Source: Octopus sinensis
Lineage: Eukaryota
Assembly (NCBI RefSeq): GCF_006345805.1
Contig: NC_043001.1
Coordinates: 119,288,001 to 119,352,000, forward strand
Direction of reading: 5' to 3'
DNA length: 64,000 nt
Positions 24,270 through 36,627 of the stretch are shown one piece after another (position 1 is the first letter of the stretch; every line of letters starts with the position of its first letter). The notes under the pieces were generated by a model. It saw only the letters and a program-made list of their open reading frames with translations, was not told the origin of the DNA and did not search any database. The translations under genes were made by a program, and so were the position numbers.

Positions 24270-26490
24270 TGACGTCAAAGAAGCGTGAACAAAATGAAAA
24301 AGGAAAACATAAAATAACAAAAACATGGAATACGAACTTTTTCAGACAACGAAAGAAACAAATAGAGACACGAGACAGGTAATATAAAGAACAATGCCTT
24401 CATCAGTTGTTTCCTGTTTTATCTACTCCGCGTTTTCGAAGGGAGGGACAAGACATGACTTCGTTAAAACAGTCCTCCGCGCAGACCAAATTAAATAAAA
24501 TTTGAGATTTTTGTGGAGGGTTAAAGTGGTAACATAAACAGGACAGTTAGAACAAAACAGTAAAAAGAAACGGTGAAGGCTCTTAAGCCATAACGAGGTG
24601 AAGTGGTGAACGCTGGACAAAGGAGATATGACAAGAGACAGGCAAAAGTAGGTCTTATCTCTTGTAGACCGAGAGGAAAATGATATGCAATAAAGGCAAC
24701 TACAATCTTACAAAAGGCAGAAACAAAATTCTAGATACATTTTGTGACTCCATATCAAACTTCCCTTACAGCGAACTGCCACATTCTAAACCCAAATCCA
24801 ATACCCGTAAAAGGGAATGGAAAATCATCCACGTGCTACAAAGCAATAATAACATAACAATCAAGGAACCAGATAAGGGTAGTAATGTTGTAATTATGGA
24901 CACAGAATACTACAAGAACTCTGTATCTCATATCTGACAAGATACTGCCTACTATGAAAGAGTAGTCGAATACCAACACTCAAATGCAATGTCCAAATTA
25001 AACACACTCATTTGTCAACATCAAAAGAACCTAGTGACAAAGGTATGAGGCTACTTAACAAATTTTGATTGCAAAACCAGCAACCTCTGCGGGCTTCCGA
25101 AAATCCACAAAAGTAAAATAATTACCGAAGCTTGTAAAAAGTCCTTCTCAACCTGCATCACCGTACTGCACCCCACTGACCTCAAACTGACCAGGTCTAA
25201 ACTGTGAAACACAGATTAAGCAACTTTATTGACATAGTCTTAAAACCAATACTTAAACACATACCAAGTATTGTAAGAGATGACCTGGACCTCCTAAACC
25301 ACCTCCTTTAACATGCCAATAAAACATTTTCATCGTTCCTGATGTAATAAACCATTACACCACGATTTCACATCAATACGGACTAGAAGCCATTAAATTC
25401 TGTTTAGAAAAATACCCCCATTGAGGTCCCGGAAAAAATAAAAGAGAATTTATCATCGAGGGCCTTAAAATTATCCTCCAAAACAACTTTTGAAAATTTG
25501 ATAACCATAACTACAAACTTAAATCAGGTACTGCGATGGGTACTAAAGTTGCCCCACCTTATGCTAATCTGGTGATGGCCTACCTGGATATACAAATATA
25601 TGAACAATCCAAATTAAAATACAGCCTGTTTTTCCACAAATACCTGTTGGAGAATTGGAAACGCTACTTGGATGACTGCCTCATTCTATGGTCTCACACA
25701 TTCGACCAACTCAATGAACTCAAAAATTTAATCAACAGCGTCAACAACCATATCCAATTTACAATGGAATATAGTCAAGACCAACTCCCATTCCTAGGTA
25801 TCCTAATTGTAAAAAAGGTTCCAACATTGAAACTGATATCCACTACAAACCGACTGATTCCAAACTATACCTCCTGTTCCCCTCCAACCACCCAAAGCAT
25901 ACGAAGACAAATATTCCCTTCAATCTAGCGAGAAGAATCAGTACAACTGTTTCAAATTATGAAACGCGAAATAAAAGACTACAAAAACGGAAGGATATTC
26001 TTCTCGAAAGACTGTATCCAGGATCATTAGTTGACAATAGAATAGAACAAGCTAAGACAATCGATATCCAAGACTTACGAAAACCAAAACACACTCAAGG
26101 TACATTAAATAGTCTCCCATATCTCTCAACACACAAGTCAAGAAATACAGAAGTTTACACGATTATATACAAGAACATCTCACTACTGAGTCAAGACCCA
26201 TGTTTAAAAAAAAGCACTCGAAACCCATAAAAGAAAAAAAGCAAGAGACAACCAACATCCCTAAAAAATGTACTCCCCAATGCAAAATTACACAACACAA
26301 GCCCTACACCCACCGTCAAAAAATTTGGTCGCTCTAATTGCGGGGGCTGTATCCATCTCATTGAAGGAACAGTATATAAATTCCAATCAGGGCACACTTT
26401 TGTCGTAAAAAAATAACTTCACCTGCGCATCTAAAAAGTTACTTTATGTCATTAGATGTGAATGGTGTCACAAAGACTAAATAGGGCAAA
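24270..26490 (+). mobile_element. Decayed Penelope-like retroelement (RT and start of GIY-YIG endonuclease)
   Basis: IKEPDKGSNVVIMD, GLPKIHK, GTAMGTKVAPPYANL, WKRYLDD, IQFTME..LPFL, HYKPTDS, HPKHTKTNIPF, NFTCASKKLLYVIRC..C...(Y)IGQ; multiple stops and frameshifts. Confidence 0.92.
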
Positions 26491-28150
26491 AGTTTAGGGT
26501 ATTCTTTCGTGACATGGACAATGGTTTCATCTACTCTATTGCAGATGCAGCACAGCGGAGATACTTGCACATTCCTAAGGTTGACCCTCCAGTCCGTGCC
26601 CAAAGCTTGGTCATGCGCTGCCAGTACAATGCTTTTGGTCTCTTTTTTAGGGTTCCTTTCATCAGCCAATCCCACTAATTTTCTCCAGCAACTTGTGTTG
26701 TGGCTGCATGGAATTGATTGTGTAATCCCTTCTTGTGTAATTCTGCTTCCTGTCCTTTTTGCACTTCTTCCTCTGTTCCTTTTTTTCTCTACTTTCAATA
26801 ATCCCTCGTTCCTAACTGTCACTAGCAACGTTTCCTTACTCTGGGCTAGGTATCTCATTAAGCTCTCGAATTCGCACACAATCTTCCACACGTATCAGTC
26901 CTCCTCCTCCATTTGCTCTCTTCATGTATAGGCGATCAGTGTCTGCACGTCGATGATGGGCTCCATGCATCGTCAGAAGCTTTTTTGACTTCCTTTCCCT
27001 CTCCTTTAGTTCCTTTTCTGTCCACTTCAGGATTGCAGTGCCATACCGAACTACTGCGACTGCGCGCAAGTTTATTGCCGTAATTATGTTTCTGACATTT
27101 TGCTTTGAAGCCAATATTTTTCTCACCCGCCGTAGGTATTCTCTTTTTGTCTTTTCCTTCATGTCATAGTTTTTGATTCCATCCTCAAGTATTCCCATGT
27201 ATTTATAGCTGGATTGAGGTTGAACTGCTTTCATCACTTCATCATTTGGCAATCGTATGCCTTCTGTTCTGAAAAGCGTTCCTCTTCTCATCACCATCGT
27301 AGCACATTTTGAGAGTCCTAACTCTATCTTAATAACATTGGAGAAAATCCGCACAGACTGGACAAGGCTGTCCAGTTCTGCCTCAGCTTTTTGGGAATAG
27401 ATCGTCCATATATAGCAAGTGATTCCGTTTTCTTCCCAGATCATACCCCAGCTATAGTATTTACTTCCAGGGGAAGATCAGTGGGGACATATGACTCCTT
27501 GGAAGATACCTCCCTTGATTTTCACCTCTCCTAAAACTTGATTCCATGCTGTCAATTCCGTTTTCCAGCATCTCATATTTTCTGCTAATACATACATTTC
27601 CATTGTTTCATTATTCAGGAGTGTAGTATCATATCGTATGCTTTACGATAGTCAACCCATGCCATGCTCAGGTCTGTGTGCCTTCTCTTGGCAGTTCCTG
27701 ATAATTTGATTATCAATTAAGAGCTAATCCTTCATCTCCTGGCTTCTCTTTCGGCACCCTTTCTGTTTGATAGGTAGCAGCTCACTGTTTTCCAGGTATC
27801 TGTACAGTTCACCGGCCAACGCACCTGACATTAGTTTCCACATTAGCGGAAGGCACGTTATTAGTCTAAAGTTGGATGCATCATTTCCCTTTTCTGGATC
27901 CTTGGCACACAAGAATGTCTTTTCCTTTGTCATCCAGCTGGATACGGTGCCTTTCTGCATGGAGCCCTCTCAGTTTCTTCATCCAATAACCTTGGACCCC
28001 ACCCGGTCCTGTGCTCTTCCAATTTGGGAATATTTTTAACTGCTTTTTTTATCGTTTTATCATGTAGTTATCTTCATGTCGTCTTGGACTTCTATATTCC
28101 TTAATCTGTCTTGGATTCATGCAGCCACTCCCGCTTCATCATTATGTTCA
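26490..28150 (-). mobile_element. Decayed R4/Dong-like LINE (second subfamily), RT to zinc knuckle
   Basis: NFRLITCLPLMWKL, QKGCR, MAWVDYRKAYD, GLSKCA, YKYMGILE, RLYMKRANGGGGL, AAHDQAL, CCICNRVDETIVHV. Confidence 0.9.
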
Positions 28151-28730
28151 GAAAATGTTGGAATTGAACCTTGTCTGCTAGTGCCTTATATTAATTGATA
28201 AAAATTATTAAAGTTGTTGAAGCTGAGATATTTCCTTGTTCCGAAGCTGTTAAGAACAAGCGAAATGCCGAATACTGCAAAACTAGGGGAGTTTTATCGT
28301 TTCTTTTTTTTTTTCAGTATCTGTATATTCTTTGAACCAGTTTTTTTCAACATTGCTTTTTTTAAAAAAAAAACGATTCGTTTTTGTGTGGATGGATGAG
28401 AAATCTTATATACTTATTCTTATTGGGTATCAACCTCAACAATTTTTGCGAGCTATTTTCAAATCTCTACTTTTGAAAACAAATCTGTATTTTTCTAATA
28501 TTATACCTTTTTTGGCCATTATCAACGCTGAATTTTTGTCTTCTTTTTTCCTTGTTTTCTTTAAATTATTCGAATATTTGCATTTGTGTTTGTTTATATT
28601 ATACATAGTTATCAGACAGGAAGTATATAGTTTGAAAAGTTTTTTCTCGTTTCTCGTTTGTGTTAATTTACGTGTTTAAATACTTGAGGCTTTCCTTTGT
28701 ATTGATATCTTGACCATGTGTGTGTGTGTG

Positions 28731-28761
<31 letters not shown>

Positions 28762-28829
28762 CAGCATTTAAGAGGATATGTATGGTCTTAGGAGATACAA
28801 TAGCTACAACTAAAAAGACTTGTCATCCA

Positions 28830-29290
28830 TCGCATGGTCCCAGTGGATAAAATGGAACAGGCGTTGTTCCAGAGGATTGCGAGGGAGACGCGCTGGAATA
28901 GCCACTCCAACTTCAGGGGCTTGCCCTCTCCACTCCGACAGCAGTGAGCTGGGATGTAGTCTGGGGGCCAAGTACCCCGGAGGTCTTCACTGTTACAGGG
29001 TCGACTGCAAATCGGTCAGAGGATGGCTGATACTTTGACATTTTACTCTTCTCGGCTTGACGAGCAATTAAGACTGGGCTGGCAACTAAACACAACCGCT
29101 GGATAAGATGTTGCAGGATAAGATGCCGCTGGATAAGATGTTGCAGCGTGTGACATCCCAGATAAGGGGCTACCATCACGGAACGGGAGAACTGTCATGC
29201 CGTCTGGCCTTCTACCGTCCTTACAGACCAAACCCCGCTGGTTCGAGCTACAAAGGGGAGCCTTTGATGACACGGCACGATATAGCAATG
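28830..29290 (-). mobile_element. CRE-like non-LTR retrotransposon endonuclease fragment
   Basis: GLVCKDGRRPDGMTVLPFRDGSPL..., ARQAEKSKMSKY, VDPVTVKTSGVLGP: the DGkRPDG / AExxKxxKY / PxAVETxGxxG signature. Contains a short ggataagatg tandem triplication. Confidence 0.8.
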
Positions 29291-30039
29291 TCCTTTTTGA
29301 ATCGATAAAATAAGTACATGCTGAGCATTGGGGTCGATATAATAGACTAAACGCTTCTCTTAAAATTTCAGGCCTATAGCAGCAAGGACTAATATACTTA
29401 CTGCTAATAATACTATTGGTTACTATAATTATCAATAGTCTTTGAAATTACTTTTGAAGGGGGCGTTTGGTCAGTCTACACCTTCAGAGACTTGAGCGAG
29501 TACCTTGGACAAGTGATAGTAAAGATGGAAAAGGCGGATGTGTGTCACATATTTCCTACGGCTGTCATGACGGACAATGGATACCTATAATCGTTTTTGT
29601 CATTTTGTTATTACTATCTCATTATCAATATCCAAGGTACAACGCTAAATTGCATCCAATTTCCCAATGTCAGACAGTCTAATAAAATGTTACAATGGCT
29701 ATGATTGAAGACGTACATTAGGATAAGGTAGATTTACAGGAATTGCGATAGAGTAGGTTTGCTTACATCAAGGTAGGATAAATTTACCAACATCAAGATA
29801 GAGTAGGTCCAGATGCAATAGGATGCTTTATATTTGCCTATATAGCTTTGTTTACATCAAGGTAAAGCCTGACGCTCTATTTCCGCTACTTAGAATCTTT
29901 CAGTCCAAGTTACTCCGTAGTTTCCGACCTGGTAATGATGACAAAGACAAATGCTACTACCGTTATTGTTATTAACCTACCATCATTTCTCCTATCCATA
30001 ACATTACTGAATAAATTATAACACTCACAAATTTCATTA

Positions 30040-30290
30040 TCGACGTCTGACTTCGTTAACCAATTATCTTCATTCTGGGTGGTCGTTAAATGGTCGAATA
30101 TATTTCTTTTTTGACCAACTAATCTGGCTGGGGTAACTGGTGATTTTGGATACATTTCTTTCCAATGTCGATGCATTGATCGCCTGTATGAATTTGGGTT
30201 ATTTATAATAGATTTGAAGTAGCAGCGTAGGACGTTTAGATTCATAAGTTTTGTCCATTTTGTTCTTTTTGAGTTCTTGCTTCGTTCTAG
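30040..30290 (-). mobile_element. N-terminal (Myb-like) region of an R4/Dong-like LINE ORF
   Basis: RTKWTKLMNLNVLRCYFKS..SYRRSMHRHWKE...TPARLVGQKRNI resembles the R4/Dong N-terminal RxKWT..N..C..YR..M...W..RL.DQ.R.I pattern. Confidence 0.65.
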
Positions 30291-31098
30291 CGAATATTTA
30301 CAATGTGTGCTACTCATTGTTGACGTTGCCTGCAGAAAAATGTTTACGGTTAACAACTGATGTGTGACATTGCACTAACAACATATACAATGCTAACAAA
30401 TGATCTGTGAAAATACCTCAATCTTTATAGAACTTAGTATTGCTATTCATTAGAATTTGCCAGAGTCTAAGATTATAGGTATTCTATCTCCTTGCCTTTT
30501 ACTCTGGTTTAACTTTCTATCGAGGTTTTCAGTGTATTGGCATTGGAAAGGTTTTTCTTTCATTCATTTTTAGTATCTTTTAGAAGTCCTTTTTTCTTCT
30601 ATATATTGTAGCTTTTCTGTTCTATGTTAAGCAGATATTTTCCTGTACTGTACTTGGTTTACAGTTTGTAATTAAATCACAAAATTAAAAGCTGATTGTG
30701 TTATTCATGACACTAATAAGTTTTTCCTTTGCTTATAAGTAATTTTCTATCATCGCTATTGTTACATTGAAATATTTTTCTACTGCAACAGGCCCTGTCC
30801 TCCTTGTGCGCGGATTAAGCATATTCCATCTATATTAGCTTTCAGATGGTGACTTCAGAACGCTGTCACCAATGTGCTGTTCATTTATTTATTATTACTT
30901 TTTTTGCTTTAAGTTGATTTTTGTCCTACTTCTTTTATTATTTTGAAACTGTAGTTTCTAACTGACATCGTTCAGTCAATGGATTTACATCTAATAACTT
31001 CTTACTTACACCGAGTTCATTTTCTAAATTGTAGTTTGAGTTTAAGTTATTCATATTAACATCTTTTATATCTTTTATGATTTTCTCTATTTTTATAC

Positions 31099-31167
<69 letters not shown>

Positions 31168-31256
31168 AAAAAATGGAGAAAATTATAAAAGAAATTACTA
31201 TAGATCACCCACTCACACTCACAAACATATATGTATACACATATATATGTATGTAT

Positions 31257-31378
<122 letters not shown>

Positions 31379-31473
31379 TATATATATAAACAGACACACA
31401 CACATATATATACATACACATACACACACACACACATATATATACATACACATACACACACATTATACATACA

Positions 31474-32024
31474 TGGTGGCTGCCCCCTCGTTATCGAGTA
31501 TGGCCATTGTACGAAGCTTTATCAATGTTGTTATCGTGCAATGCCTGTGCAAAAATATTTTTTAAAGTGACGAAAGGCTGTGCACTGAATCAATCCCACT
31601 CACTAAGCAACAGCAGCCATAATCCGAAAAGAAGAACAAGTCAACATCATCGGTAACCACTGACCCGCAAGTTTTATGTTGGAGTTATTCCAGTTACCTG
31701 AGTTACCTTCTCCTAGAAGGATGCCCTAACAAAGGCTAGGAGTCCTTCACTCCCAATGGTTTAACCGCGCGATCGGGTATTCAGTCCGATTATTTCTATG
31801 TCCCCGCGCATGATATAGCCTCAAGACATTTATTGGATGGCTGTTGACTCTCAAGAGTTCCTCTGCCCTTTGACGGATTTTGTTTTTCATCCCGCAGGGT
31901 GTCCAATAAACACCCTCCTCACCAAGCAAGCCCGGTGGGGTTGCCGGTTCAATCGCCGACGACACGACCATGCAACAGGTTGTACTGGGTTACATGTTAC
32001 CAGTAGCACTCGAAAGTGATCTGA
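31474..32024 (-). mobile_element. About 550-bp non-autonomous RTE-related retroelement in (CATA)n
   Basis: First about 90 bp are nearly identical to 16255-16347; the minus strand has the RTE 5'-region-like agcctttgttagggcatccttctaggagaagg and ends ctcgataacgagggggcagccacca(TGTA)n. Confidence 0.6.
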
Positions 32025-32109
32025 CATACATACATACATACATACATACATACATACATACATACATACATACATACATACAAACATACATCGTATGTGC
32101 TTAAATTCT

Positions 32110-32340
32110 CTGCTTGGAACTAATTAAATGTTGGTTGCCACTTCCAATGAAATAGCTTCGAAAATTAGCTTTGGTGCATCTCTCTATTCCAATACACATT
32201 TTTATATCCTAGCTAAATTCATCAACAGTAATGAGTAGGATATTCAATTAGGAATTGTCTTTTCCTGTATAATCTTAAGTCATCCACATAGCGAAGACTT
32301 AGAGAGTTGGTGTCATCTGGTAAATAAAGGCCCAAGATCA
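32110..32340 (-). mobile_element. Old R4/Dong-like RT relic
   Basis: LGPLF...LRYVDDLRLY...DIKMCIGIERCTKA. Confidence 0.5.
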
Positions 32341-33440
32341 TGACCAGCTTGTTACGAAGCACAATCTTTATATTATTTGTATTATTTGAGAAAGAGACCC
32401 AACATTTGTTTTACACTTTTAAATATTCCATACATTTCTACAATAGCACATGCACACGCACACTCAAATACGCGCACACGCACACACACATGGTCACACA
32501 CACACACACACACACAAACGTAATACACGCATAGACACATAAGAAATAAACTTCTGTGTGTTTATATGTATATGCCTAACTCTCTCTCTCATATATATAT
32601 GTATTAAATGCATGTGTTTATGTATACATATATAAACACATGCCTTGATGTATTATACATTTTGATACAATGCTACTGCTGTTGTTGTTATTGTTGTTGT
32701 TGGTGGTGGTGGTGGTGACTGCTAAATCATGGTATTGATCTCATTTTCATCACCCAAATTTCTCTCAATTAAAATGTGATTTACGCTGTGCAATTGGAAT
32801 TAGTTTCAGATTATTTTATACTTTCCTTATTTCTTATTTTTCTCGTCATAGTTATTCTACTCATGTTAAACATCTGCGGCTGTTTTGATTTAGACTATTC
32901 TTGTAATTATTCTTCTACTACACAAGATGATTGTAACTATGACTGCTCAGTCAAAGAGGTGTCTGAAATTGTTGATAGTTTTAGTTGTTGTTTTTTGTGT
33001 GTCTGGAGTATCCCTTCATATTACAGTATAATTAATGTTCTTTAGACGCTAAATAACAACACGAAGCAGAGTCAGAGTTTCTGTCTTGTGTCTGTATTTG
33101 TTAGAAATAAAAGCCAGATGAAATCGTTTTCAAATCATACTCTAAAGTCTTAAAATGTGGAGACTTTGGATAGTGTAAATATGGACGAGCAATAACTGAA
33201 TAACATGTGGGATGGTTACGGCTGGAACCAACTTTGATAATGAATCTGCATGGTTATGATCAACATGGGACTAAACAAGAAGAGTTCCAATAACACCAGC
33301 AACAATAGCCATTCTCCTTAACATAGATCTGATGTAATAATGCTAATCACCGCAGCACGATTCCCACATTTTGAAAGGCGTCATATAACAAATGTCATTT
33401 TTGTGAAGCTGTGTATTATAGAAGTGAAAGATCGTTGCAC

Positions 33441-33554
33441 CAGTGGCGTAGTTAGAGTGTGCGCCACCTGGAGCAGCTGCTCTTAAGTTTTCCACGCCTT
33501 TCCAATTACTGTTTGGGGTGGACCATTTCCTTGTCCTCAGTAGCTACGTTACTT
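33441..33554. mobile_element. hAT-type MITE
   Basis: Termini cagtggcgtagtta / tagctacgttactt, flanked by the 8-bp near-duplication cgttgcac / cattgcac. Confidence 0.75.
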
Positions 33555-35364
33555 CATTGCACTGAGGAGAGAATCAATCATTGTCATCAACACCTTTCTG
33601 ACCCACGACCAAAAGACTGAGGAAAAGTCAAAATTATCTGTCTCTGGGATAATTATAAGTATGTTTACGATCAACAGTTTTTTGTTATTTGTTACGCATA
33701 GATAAAGGGGTGTCCACGGCATTCATATGCCTTCTAAGAGCGATGATACTGATGTCATTATCTTTCTGCATCACCGTTGAAAGTTCTTACTGCAAGAAAA
33801 ACATGTAAGAACGACAACGGTGTAGATGGTGTTCTGAATAGTTTTTCAATTGTAATACATAATATAATTCTTTATACATTCAGACGTGTGAATATACATA
33901 CATACATACATACATACGTACGTATGTACGTACGTGTGTGCGTGTATGTGTATAAAAAGGGGAGGGTGAGAGACACGTGTACGCGCACCCACACACGCAC
34001 ATACATATAAAGAGAGTGAGAGACTAAAAAGAAATATCAAATAGAATATAGATGCACATCAATTATATAGGCATGAGACCCGAAAGAAAAAATGCCAATC
34101 GTTGCTACTTACCACAAATCTTGTTGGTCTCTCAGCACAAAATTACGTTTGTTCATAATTGCATTCTAAATGAAATGCTGTTAGACGCCTCTTCTGATTA
34201 TGATGTCACTGAACGTAATCGGTCAATCAGCGCAGCAATGGCAAAATCTTTATTACAATCATGCGATCTTACATAGATAGGGACATAACAAGACAGACAA
34301 ATACAAAGAATGTTATATGAGTTCGAATGAGACATAATGTTATATAGGCATCTTTTCCAAAGTAGATAGGTTAAAAAATGAAGTGGTGGGGTAGTGGGAG
34401 GGACACTAGAATACAAATAACCGTTCTTTACGAACGAAATTTTCTGAGTTACTTTCTTTTCACCGAATTACACTCAGTTCGTTTTTATTATTGCCGCTAG
34501 ATATACAGTGAGCTAGTGATTGTCCTTTCGGAAACTTGTAACCAACAATGTGAGATACGAAATGAATAACATCAAAATGGCTTTGATTAAGATTCTTAAT
34601 CAGAAAGCATTGCTTGAGTAACGTAAATGTAAACCTTGCTGTTGTAGCTGTTTGGATAAGAAGAGGTCCACTTCACTGCAACTTGGATTTGAATTCAAAT
34701 TTTCTGCACGGCACTTTGGTCTCACTCTGGTATTGGTTCGACCAAAGCCCCTCGAGTGAACATTTTTAAAAATGAGCGATCTACCGTTAAATTTTCTGTT
34801 CTTAAGTGATAGCTGTAATTTGTAACACCATGCCACGTGGAGTACGTATGGCTCCAGTGGTGTTCACTCAATTTCAAGCATTCCGACAGGTCCCCTGTCA
34901 GAGTAAAACTTCTTCCGTTCCTCTCACCAACATTGGAAGCCTTGAAAGAGGTCCAGAAACTATGTGGGACCAGAAAATGAGTTATTGATCTATCATAAAG
35001 TAGTAAGAAAATCTGAAATTAGTTAGGCTGATATCTGACACAGACCAAAACCATGTGATTTAACTGCAGTAGCTACATTTTACAGAATGGCTACAAAGTT
35101 ACTTATATACTGAGTATTTAGGTATTTTTATCTTTACACACACACACACACACACACACCACACACACACACACACATACACACGCACACACGCACGAAC
35201 ACACACACATTATAAACATGTGTTCAGGCGAAACTTAAAGACTAAGTCAATATGAATTTTACGAGAAATTTGACTCTACTCTCAATATTGAGTCTCCTCT
35301 CCCCTTCAATACATATCCGTAAATATTCTTAAACCTTTTTATCCTTTTGTTTTTTTACATGTTT

Positions 35365-35775
35365 GAGTCATCAGACTGCGGCTATTTGACACTGGTACTT
35401 ATTCTTTTTAAGCCTGATACTTATTCTATCGGTCTCTTTAGTCGAACCGCTAAGATGTGGTGACGTAAATACACCATCACTGGTTGTGAAGCCTTGGTGT
35501 GGTACAAACACAAACATAAATATACAGACACACACACACACACACGCGCACACAAACTCATCACGCACATACGCACACACACACACACACACGTACGAAC
35601 GCACGCAGTTACATATATATACATATGACGGGCTTCTTTCAGTTTCTGCTTCATAAACCCACTTACAAAACATTGGTCGGATCGAGGCGATATTAGAAGA
35701 CATTTGCTCAAAGTGCCACACATTGGAAATGAACTCAGAATCATTTGGCTGAGAAGCAAACTAATTACCACACAT
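35365..35775 (-). mobile_element. Composite SINE family C element with internal (CA)n
   Basis: Same two-part layout as 50455-50831 and 61185-61453. Confidence 0.7.
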
Positions 35776-35859
35776 GCTTTAATTGATAACCTCGGTTTAA
35801 TTTCTATATTGATAAACAAAGGAAGAGGATATGGCCATTAATATTCCAATAAGTCTCTG

Positions 35860-36130
35860 ACATACAAAGCTTTGCCGCGATTTGCCTCAAACAATTTACT
35901 AAACCACTTCGTTTCCACAGCCATAACGAAAATGCCACTTCAGCTATCATGGCTCCGATGTTGATGTAAGCCTTCGTTGATTTACCGGAAATACCTATAG
36001 TTTCGATTGCCACTATTTCAAAAGGGATATGTATCTTGTAAAATGTTAGCATTGCCGTTTCTTACAATCGCACGACCACACAGGCCTCCCTCATTCACTG
36101 TCAATATTTTGTCATTCACTCATCAGCCAG
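35860..36130 (-). mobile_element. Old CRE-like endonuclease relic
   Basis: FEIVAIETIGISGKST matches FxPxAIETxGxxG. Confidence 0.5.
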
Positions 36131-36324
36131 ACTGAGTTCAATTTCCTTTTCTGAGACAGATTGAATTCTGGAGGATGGCAATGGCTAACTACTTCTGTAA
36201 TATGCTTTCTGCACAAGCCCTAAAGAAAGCAAGCCTTATTGACTTTGACATTTTTCATTGGCTGATGTTTTCAAGGTTAAAACTGGCCGTCCAGGATACT
36301 CGTCATGTGCAACCAAGTCTTCTT

Positions 36325-36610
36325 ATTGGTCTCAAATTTTGGCACAAAATCAACAATTCTGGAAAGTTGATTACATCCAAAGCAGTACTCAACTGGTACT
36401 TATTTTATCGACCCAGAAAAGATGAATAGCAAAGTCGACCTCAGCGGAACTGGTAGACTCGTTAGCATGCTGGACAAAATGCTTATTAGCATTTCGTCTG
36501 TCTTTACGTTCTGAGTTCAAATTTCTTTAAGTACAAGTAAATCACTCGGGTCGATGTAATCGTCCCCCAACCCAAAGTTTCAGGCCTTGTGCCTTTAGTA
36601 GGAGGAATTA
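36325..36610. mobile_element. Back-to-back SINE family A fragments (minus then plus)
   Basis: ctggtacttattttatcgacc (minus) followed by gttagcatgctggacaaaatgc...ggccttgtgcctttagta (plus). Confidence 0.7.
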
Positions 36611-36627
36611 TTAATATCATTCAGTAA

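Noticed and set aside
29710-29870. Recurring motifs (taggataa, acatcaag, gatagagtagg) as a possible array
   Set aside because: Irregular spacing; looks like a decayed minisatellite. No CRISPR-like repeat-spacer structure is seen anywhere in the window.
30780-30890. Minus-strand IGDSVLK resembling an SGNH esterase of CR1/L2 ORF1
   Set aside because: Single motif; downstream blocks not recoverable.
33730-33780. KSDDTDVIIFLHH resembling a DNA-transposase motif
   Set aside because: Too short to assign.
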